Assembly (NCBI GenBank): GCA_963845245.1 | Contig: CAWJRJ010000018.1 | Coordinates: 128,001-192,000 of the forward strand | From: Nitrospirota bacterium | GTDB taxonomy: Bacteria; Nitrospirota; JACRHJ01 | Reading direction: 5' to 3' | DNA: 64,000 bases | Part shown: positions 56,070 to 64,000 of the stretch, piece after piece | How positions within the stretch are numbered: position 1 is the first letter of the stretch | Layout of the letters: each line of letters starts with the position of its first letter | Notes under the pieces: generated by a model | The model's input: only the letters and a program-made list of their open reading frames with translations | Database searches by the model: none | Told to the model about the DNA's origin: nothing | Made by a program: the position numbers and the translations under genes

Positions 56070-56643
56070 ACACATTCAATATACTTGTAGCCGGTGTAGG
56101 CGGGCAGGGGGTTCTTCTGGCAAGCGGGATACTTGCCGATGCGGCGCTTAATTCCGGGCTTGATGTCAAGCAGAGCGAGGTGCACGGGATGGCCCAGAGG
56201 GGCGGGAGCGTCCTCAGCCAGGTCAGGTTCGGCGATACGGTCTTTTCGCCCGTCGTCAGCGTTGGCGAGTGCGACCTGCTCATTGGCTTTGAGCCGCTTG
56301 AGACGGCCCGGTATCTTCACTTCCTGAAAGACGGCGGGGCCGTGGTCTACAACACCCACCGTATAAATACACTTCCCGTGTCGATAGGACTGGAAGTATA
56401 CCCTTCGGACATTAGACTCCGTCATAGCGAAACATTCGTCCAAAGTCATCGCAGTTCGATGCTACGGAGCTGGCGGTTCAGGCCGGGGACATAAGGGCGA
56501 TAAACATGGTGCTTCTTGGGGCGGCGATGGGCTGGCTGCCGCTTGACGAGGAGACGGTAGTTGGCTCCATGGAAAGCCTTGTCCCCAAAAAGGCGCTCGC
56601 CGTAAACCGCAAGGCCTTTGCTCTCGGAAAGATGTCATTCTGA
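56066..56643 (+). CDS. iorB: Indolepyruvate:ferredoxin oxidoreductase beta subunit (frameshifts near 56415-56480)
   Basis: GVGGQG, SEVHGMAQRGGSV, NMVLLGA, N.KAF..G. Confidence 0.92.
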
Positions 56644-56805
56644 GCGTAGCCGAAGAATCCACCTTTGACTTTCTTATTAACAAGTAGGGTGCGCACTGCG
56701 CACCTATCTATTCCCCTCGCCCCTACATGGCAACTACAATTATCCCTCCCCACCTGCGGGGGAGGGCAGGGTGGGGGCTGGGAAGGGGACACAGGGGTGA
56801 GGGCG
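56633..56805. repeat. Cluster of REP-like elements from several families
   Basis: TGTCATTCTGAGCGTAGCCGAAGAATCC (56633..56660); GTAGGGTGCGCACTGCGCACC (56684..56704); inverted GTAG half ending 56726; CCCTCCCC...GGGGAGGG hairpin (56744..56766). Confidence 0.72.
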
Positions 56806-57564
56806 TTACCGAATCTTATTCAGCAGCCTTAGCAGGCCGTCAAGTATCGTCACCGGATGGGGTGGACATCCGGGGATGTAAAGGTCTACCGGGATCATGC
56901 CGTCCACGCCGTTACTGGCCTCGGGCGAATTTATGTACGGCCCGCCGTTGATGGCGCATGCGCCGCAGGCGATGACTATCTTGGGGGCGGGGATCGCATC
57001 GTATGTTATCTTTAAAGCCTCGACCATATGCTTGGTGACAGGCCCGGTTACCCAGAGGCCGTCGGCATGGCGCGGCGAGGCCACAAACTGTATGCCGAAG
57101 CGCCCCAGGTCCCAGCCGATGGTTGACAGGACGTTGGTGTCGGCCTCGCATGCGTTGCACCCGCCCGCGCTTACCTCGCGGAACTTTATGGAACGGCCGA
57201 ACAGCGACAGCAGTTTATCAGACAGCGCCTTCGCCATCACCCGTTCGCTGTCCGCACTCACGATAAGGTCTTCACGCCTGTTGACCGCCAGAACACTGTC
57301 ATTGCTGAACGAGATAGCGCCCTGCGGACATGCCTTCACGCACTCGGTGCAGAAGAGACATTTCCCCAAGTCTATGGAAAGTGACGGGGTGCATGATATG
57401 GCCCCGAACGGGCATGCGTCGGCGCATTTCTGGCAACCATCGGTACATGCTGACTTGTCGAAACGTGGATAGCCCCTGAAACGCTCCGGGAGCGTAATAG
57501 GTTCCAGCGGATAGCGCATCGTGCGATGCCCCTGCCGTATGCGTGCGCGTATTGCACTTATCAT
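56806..57564 (-). CDS. Ehr / group-4 hydrogenase-like small subunit: ferredoxin domain fused to NuoB/HycG-like domain
   Basis: CQKCADACP, CLFCTECVKACP; GGCNACE, SPRHAD, GACA, IPGCPP. Confidence 0.9.
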   Translation of the reverse strand: MISAIRARIRQGHRTMRYPLEPITLPERFRGYPRFDKSACTDGCQKCADACPFGAISCTPSLSIDLGKCLFCTECVKACPQGAISFSNDSVLAVNRREDLIVSADSERVMAKALSDKLLSLFGRSIKFREVSAGGCNACEADTNVLSTIGWDLGRFGIQFVASPRHADGLWVTGPVTKHMVEALKITYDAIPAPKIVIACGACAINGGPYINSPEASNGVDGMIPVDLYIPGCPPHPVTILDGLLRLLNKIR

Positions 57565-57579
57565 GAGTGACTCCTTTAC

Positions 57580-59091
57580 CTACAGATCAAAACCGCAGTA
57601 GGACAGGTTGAAGCTCTTGTTGCAAAGCGGGAAGTCCGATATCTGCTGCCCCCGCAGGGCCATGGCCAACCCCGTCCAGTTGTGGAACGACGGGTCGGTT
57701 ATCTTGTAACGGGCAAATTTCCCGTCCTCGTCTGTGACGGCGACATGGCAGATCTCCCCGCGCCACCCTTCGGTCAGCGCAACTGCTATATGGTCCGCGG
57801 CAATGTCGCCTCTCTGGTTCAGGCACGCGCCTCCGGGCAGGTTCTTCAACTGCTCTTCGATGAAGTCGAGCGATTTCTCACACTCCACCCAGCGCACCAG
57901 GGTACGACCGTACACATCACCGGTTGTCGCCGTCACGACCGGGATCTGGCTCATGCTATATATGCCGAAGGTATGGTCGCGGCGGATGTCCCTGTTCAGG
58001 CCGCATGCCCTGGCGGCAGGGCCGACAAGGCCAAGCTCACGGGCGGCTTCCATGCTCAACGTCCGGTGTTTTCAAGCCTTCGCCATGACCGACGGCGTGA
58101 TCCACAACAGTTCGACGGCGTTTGTAAGCTCTGCGCGGGCAATGGCAATTCTCTCAAGCAGCGATTGGACCTGGTCCGCATTCAAATCAAAATTGATACC
58201 GCCGGGGACAACCAGCCCGCGTCCGAACCTGCTTCCGCATATCTCCGCAGTCATGTTCAGGAAGTCGCCGCGTATACGCCCGCAAAAAGAAGCGGTGGGC
58301 AGATATCCGACGTCACCGGCGATTGCGCCCAGGTCGCCGGTATGGTTGGCAAGCCGCTCCAGTTCCAGCGCGATCCCCCGGACCGCATGGGCGCGGGCAG
58401 GTGCCATCGTCCCCGACATGCTCTCGATGATCATGGCATAGGCGAGGGCGTGGCCGATGCTCGTGTCTCCCGCCGCCGTCTCCATCTGGTGCAGCGTCGC
58501 GGGGTGCGGGCCACCGATAAGTGTCTGTTCAATACCTCGGTGCTGGTAGCCCAGCGATATCTCCAGGTGCATGACCTGCTCGCCGTAGCACTGGAACCGG
58601 AAGTGTCCCGGTTCGATGATCCCGGCATGCACGGGACCGACAGCCACTTCGTGGACCTCGTCGCCCTTTATCTGATAAAAGTCCATATTGCCGATTTCCG
58701 CGCCATGTCCGTGCTCTAGCCGTGCTGCCTGGCGAAAGGCCGCTGAAAGCGTACCGGTTTGGGCCAGGGGTGGTCCTCAAAGACAATCCCGAACTGTTCG
58801 GCGATCTCCCGTTCGAACATCTGTATCTGCGGGCAGAGCGATGCTATGGATGGAAATGTGTTGGCCGATACCTTGGTTGCGGCCATGCCGAGCAGGCCTT
58901 GAGACTCTGACGCAATCAGGCAATACAGTTGCAGCGACCGCGCCATCCTGTACACCGAAATATGCCGATATCCGCCAGCCGTGGTCGGTGGCGTCCAGGA
59001 TGTCACGCAGGAAATCTCCAGTGCTCTTTTCCGGGATGTCCCGGCGCGGCAGGGAGGCCCCATTTCGAAATGTGGAAAATCTCCCCTTCAT
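57580..59091 (-). CDS. Ehr large subunit (NuoC/D-, HycE-like) lacking NiFe ligands (frameshifts)
   Basis: FEREIAEQFG...HPW.KP; VGPVHAGIIEPGHFRF; GYQHRGIE; EGWRGE; DPSFHNW; DFPLCNKSFNLSY. Confidence 0.88.
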
Positions 59092-60533
59092 TTGCCACCT
59101 CCGAGGAGCGCGGCGCCTTCACGCAGGAGCTGCTGGAACGGGAGCGGTATCCACAACCCCAGCATCAGGATTATAGCCCATCAGCACGAGCAGCGGAAGC
59201 ACGGTCCAGAGCTGTATCTTTGTATCCGGTCTGGTTCGATGTCGGCCGGTATCTTGCCCAGGACGGCCGGCAATACGGTGGATGCCATGCCGATGAAGAT
59301 GATGGACAGAAATACCAGGAAGAGGATGCCTACCGTTGGTGTTGCCCTGTAAGAAGGCATTGCTGACAATCGTAAACTCGCTGATGAACGGGCCAAACGG
59401 CGGCGAACCGGTGATTGCCAGAAAAGCCACGAGGAAGAGGGCGCCGGACCAGGGTATGCGCCGGAGCGCCCCCCGGATGACCTCAGTGCTCTTGCTGTTA
59501 TATGCGCGGTGGATGTTGCCCGAAGCCAGGAACAGCACCCCCTTGGTCAGGCCGTTGTTGACCATGTGAAGCAGCGCGCCGAACAAGGCCCCCTTGCTGC
59601 CGAGCCCGAGGGCCACCGTCAGGATGCCGACATGTTCGACGCTGGAGTAGGCAAGCATCCGTTTCAGGTCGTTCTGCCGCGCCATGAATACGGCCGCGAA
59701 CGCCATGGATATCAAGCCCCATGCCCAGGAGCGCTCCCTGGAAGGAAGCAGTGTACCCGGTGGATGCGACGGATATCTGGTAGACCCGCAGCAGCGCCAG
59801 GAATGCGCAGTTGACAAGGCCGCCGGCAAGAAGCGCGCCCACAAGGCCGGGCGCCTCGCCGTAGGCGTCAGGCTTCCAGGTATGCAGCGGGGCCAGCCCC
59901 ATCTTCGAGCCGAAACCCACCAGCAGGAAGATGAAGGCCGTATGCCGCCAGCCCGCATGCAGGCGGGGCGCGTCCTCGATCAACGAACTGAGCAGCAGCG
60001 TGACGTCCTGCTTGGCGACAATGGTGGAATAGGCCAGGAAGAAAAGTCCGAACAGGGCGATGGCGATGCCCACCGAACATATCAGCAGGTACTTCCAGGT
60101 AGCCTCGATGGAGCGGGCGTTGCGGTTGAAGTATATCAGCGGGGCCATGGTAACGGTCGTCGTCTCAAGCGCGACCCACAGAAGCCCCAGGTGCTGGGAC
60201 ACCGTCACCAGCGTCATGGCGGAGAGGCATACCAGAAGCGCCATGCAGAGGATGCGGTTGGATAATTCGTTTCTGTACCGCAGATAGCCGAGGGCATAGA
60301 AGGCGCACATCGTGAAGAGGATGCTGACGGATGATCAGCACCAGTTTCCCGAGTGCATCGAGGTATATCCAGCCTTGAGGAGATGCGGGAGGCGACATGC
60401 TCACCAGGACGAAAGTCAGGACCAGGTGCGGCAGGGCAAATGCGGGCAACACGACAGGACGCAGACGGTTGTCAGGAATCACCCATGCTAGAAGGGCTCC
60501 CAGGAGCGGCCAGGTGACGGCAATCCATATCAT
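59088..60533 (-). CDS. HyfF-like proton-translocating antiporter subunit (frameshifts)
   Basis: LWVALE, EATWKY, GFGSKMGLAPLHTWKPDAYGEAP, KRMLAYSSVEH, GSPPF. Confidence 0.88.
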
Positions 60534-60536
60534 GCT

Positions 60537-61180
60537 CTATCCCTCTCGCAGAGTAGTCAGCCTTGAGGTATCAAGCGATGAGAACTCGCGGCTTATATGG
60601 TTTATCACGATACCCATGACGAATATTCCCACCAGAAGGTCAAGCAGCGCTCCTGCTTCCACCATCCCGGGCATGGCTTCTGCCAGGAGCAACCCGAAGA
60701 TGAATATCCCGTTTTCCAGGAGCAGATATCCGATGACCTGTGAAATGGCCTTGCGTCTGGCAATCAGCACCAGAAATCCGCACATGAATGTCGCCAGGGA
60801 CGCGGGGACGAACAGGAGCCCCTTATGCTCCGGTGACAGCGGCAGGTCTTGCGCGAAGATGAAAGCGGTGGCGGTGAGCAGGGCGCCCGATGATGAGCGA
60901 GGTGATGAAATCCTATAAACGGTTCTACCTCTCTCTTGATCTCCGCCTTCCGGATCGCGTTCATGATCATCCAGGGTATCACTACTCCCTTGGCCATCAG
61001 CATGCTGGCCACGATCCCGACCAGAGGCCAGGAAAAGGGGTGGATGATTGCGGGAAGTAGCGCCAGGGCGACACCCTGTGCCGCTACCGCGCGTACCGAG
61101 AACGCCAGGCGGCTTGAACCCAGCACGATGAAATTCAGAAGCAGGGTCAGCACGAGTAATTGGTCAGCCAGAGTGGACAT
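60537..61180 (-). CDS. HyfE-like membrane subunit (frameshift)
   Basis: AAQG, KGVVIP, REVEP, QVIGYLLLENGI. Confidence 0.82.
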
Positions 61181-61183
61181 CTA

Positions 61184-62092
61184 TCACCTCACGATCAGTA
61201 CGAATGAAAATGCAGTCAGGATCGTCGCCGCAACCAGCAGCTGCGGGACGCGGATCATCCGCAGGCGGGCCATTACCGACTCGACCACGCCGATGGAAAC
61301 TGCCAGCACGAGCATGGAGACCATGAAGATTCCCCAGTCGAGATAGCTGTTGCCGCTGCTGAAGGGTACGGCTATATTCATGAACAGGGCGCCCAGCAGG
61401 TATAGTTTTAGCGCGGCTCCATAAAGTATGACACCGAAGTACGGGCCGCTATGGTCCAGCACCATTACCTCGTGTATCATCGTAAGTTCAAGGTGGGTGT
61501 TGGGGTCGTCGAACGGGATCCTGCAGTTCTCCGCCAGCAGTACCACGAAAAGGCCGGTCAGCATAAGGAGAAGCGCGGCGCCGCCGGTCATCCATGCTGA
61601 AAAATTAATGTTGGCAAGCATCGGTGTGAGCGAGAGCGAGCCGCTGAGACGCGTCAGAGCGATCAGCGCAAAGAAGAGGGTGGGTTCGGCCAGAGACGAG
61701 AACGTCACCTCGCGCGCCGCGCCCATACCTTCGAAGCTCGACCCCGTATCCATGGCGGCAATCGTCGTAAAGAAGCGCCCCAGGGCAAAGAGGTAGACGA
61801 ACAGGACCATGTCGCCCTGAAATGATATCGGGGCAGGATGCTTGCCGAGCGGCACAAGCAGCGCGGCAAAAAGGGTGGACGCCAGCGTGATCACTGGCCC
61901 GGCCCTGAATATCCAGGTCGTGGTGTCGCTGAATACGGTACCCTTACGCATCAGCCGTGACAGGTCATAATAGGGCTGCAGGTAAGGCGCGCCGACCCGG
62001 CCGGCAAAAGCGGCCTTGGTCTTGCCGATGACGCCCAGCAGCAGAGGAGGCATGACTAAAACCAGTATGATATGCAGGATCGTGTCAACCAT
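61184..62092 (-). CDS. HyfC/HycD/NuoH-like membrane subunit
   Basis: GRVGAPYLQPYYDL, DTGSSFEGMGAARE, AENCRIPFDDPNTHLELTMIHE. Confidence 0.9.
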   Translation of the reverse strand: MVDTILHIILVLVMPPLLLGVIGKTKAAFAGRVGAPYLQPYYDLSRLMRKGTVFSDTTTWIFRAGPVITLASTLFAALLVPLGKHPAPISFQGDMVLFVYLFALGRFFTTIAAMDTGSSFEGMGAAREVTFSSLAEPTLFFALIALTRLSGSLSLTPMLANINFSAWMTGGAALLLMLTGLFVVLLAENCRIPFDDPNTHLELTMIHEVMVLDHSGPYFGVILYGAALKLYLLGALFMNIAVPFSSGNSYLDWGIFMVSMLVLAVSIGVVESVMARLRMIRVPQLLVAATILTAFSFVLIVR

Positions 62093-62101
62093 GGCCGTCT
62101 C

Positions 62102-64000
62102 CTAATGTACCCACAACATAAGCGCTACCAGCGTGACAAAGAAGTATAACATGTAAATATGCACACGGCCGTGCTGGATCTGCCTGAGGAAGGCGAAACA
62201 CATCCCGGCAAAATGGAACGGCGGCATTATCAGACGTTCAATGATAGTCTCTTCAGGCAGGTAGCAGTGTGCCGCCATTTGCGGCGCGAAACCTTTGATC
62301 TCGGTATTCGTCACGTGGGTACGAACAATACTTTTCATAAGCGTGGCCAGCATCTCAGAGAACGATGTGCCGGTATATTGCATGCGTGAGGTCGGCCAGA
62401 GGTAGCCGCATCCCCATGTCGATGCCTGTGTGGACGGCAGGGTTGTCTGTCGCCGCCGAAGCATGAAGGCAATTGACCACCGCCATGCCAAGCATGCCCA
62501 GCCCGGCGACGGTAAACCATATGAGCTGTACAGGCGGACCGGCCTGCGCAGCGGCAACAGGAGTCAGCTGTCGCCATCGCCGCCGTCACCAGAGGGACGA
62601 AGGCCTGGGGCACCAGCCCAGCCATCAGGCATGCCACCGCAAGCACAGCCATGGGTATGAGCATCAAAGCCGGTGATTCGTGGGAATGGGCTGCCTGTTC
62701 GGAACGGGGGTTGCCCAGGAATGCCACACCATATAGCTTGACGAAGCTTATCACGGCCACGCCCCCCACCAGCGCCAGCACGGGTGCCCCGAGTGCGACA
62801 TATACCATGGATGACGCCGCCTCGCCGAAGAAGCCCATGTACAGCATGAACTCGCTGACAAAGCCGTTGAAGGGCGGCAGGCCGCTTATGGCTATGACGC
62901 CGCACAGCGAAAGGAACGCAGTCCAGCGCATGTGTTTCGACAGGCCGCCCATACGGTCGATCTCGCGGGTGCCTGTGGCATGTATGACGGACCCGGCGGA
63001 CATGAAGAGCAGCGGCTTGAAGAAGCTGTGGTTAAGGACGTGCAGCAGCGCGCCTGCCATTCCCAGCCAGGCAAGGCGGGGATTGCCCGTAGTCTGTCCG
63101 ATCATCGCGATGCCGATGCCGGTCGTGATAATGCCGATGTTCTCGATGCTGCTGTATGCAAGCAGGCGTTTGATGTCCCTCTGTGAAGCCGCCAGCGAGA
63201 TACCCATGAATGCCGAAACGAGTCCGACGACAGTCAGAAGTTCACCCCACCAGAGCGGGCGGTCAGGCACGAAGGAAATAAAACGAAGAATCCCGTAGAT
63301 CCCCATCTTCAGCATCACACCCGACAGCATTGCCGAGACGTGGCTGGGCGCATTGGCGTGGGCGGCCGGAAGCCAGATGTGCATAGGCATCAGGCCTGCC
63401 TTGGAGCCGAAGCCGACAAGTGCCGCGACGAACAGCAATGAAGCGGCCGCAGCCGGGATGTGCAAACCGGCCGTACCGGGGAAAAGGAACGACGATGTAT
63501 GGAGCCGCAGGAGGGAGAACAACACGAACAGCGCCGCCGTCCCGATGTGGGTGGCGACCAGGTACACCATGCCCGCGGTACGGACCTCCGGTTCGTCGTG
63601 CTCGGTTATCAGCAGGAAGTAGGCGGAGAGCGCCATGACCTCCCAGGCGATAAGGAACAGCACGCCGTTTCTGGAAACTGCAACCATTGCCATGGCGGCG
63701 GTCAGCAGGCCGTAGAAGAAGGTCATCCCGGGTTCGGTGGAGCGGTGTGAGGCCGCAGGCCAGTATCCGTTGGCGTAGATCGAACCGCACAGGAATACGA
63801 CGAATATGGGGATAAGGAAAAATGCCGAGAGCGGGTCGATTGCGACCTCGCATGCATCAAATGGGAGGTTCCAGGCAATGACGTATGTCGATGTATGCTG
63901 GGTCAGGAGTATCGATATGATTGAAGGAAGCGCCATTAAGGCGGCAACTATTGCACCTATGGTTGCAAACCTCTGTCCTGCGGCCCCTTTTTTTATGAAC
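62102..64000 (-). CDS. HyfB-like large antiporter subunit (5' end beyond window; frameshift near 62450-62570)
   Basis: FLIAWEVM, KAGLMPMHIWLP.AH..APSHVSA.LSG, KRLLAYSSIEN, GLPPFNGFVSE, TWGCGY...MQYT. Confidence 0.9.

Noticed and set aside
57580..59091. Functional [NiFe] hydrogenase / formate hydrogenlyase
   Set aside because: Both Ni-binding CxxC motifs are absent

Overview
Bacterial chromosomal window, moderately GC-rich, probably from an anaerobe or microaerophile. Gene content (ppdK, iorAB, Ehr complex, multiheme cytochrome) suggests a Nitrospirota/Desulfobacterota-like organism; this is inference only. 1-24 kb is housekeeping: Na/Pi cotransporter, ribBA-ribH-nusB-purB-mscS-purCSQLF, deacetylase, radical SAM, radC-recO-glyQS-ppdK-ribD-ribE. 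24-32 kb is accessory: two duplicated small secreted proteins each with a conserved hairpin, a lone gcvPB, a 1301-aa heptaheme cytochrome fused to a large Fn3-containing stalk, and two beta-helix paralogs. Next come livHM, a minus-strand rplI-dnaB-TPR/cNMP-ABC-F-acuC run, tRNA-Thr(CGT) with a parS-like site, an FG-GAP surface protein, a DEAD-box helicase and a multidomain S8 protease. A LuxR with no luxI in the window is followed by a well-positioned lux box in front of a sensor-less histidine kinase. The window ends with iorAB and a six-gene Ehr (hydrogenase-like, no Ni ligands) operon. At least three REP-like families are scattered through the window; one copy lies inside a gene and two supply stop codons. 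Many essential genes carry single-base frameshifts that are most likely long-read sequencing errors, so frameshifted CDSs are reported as joined genes.
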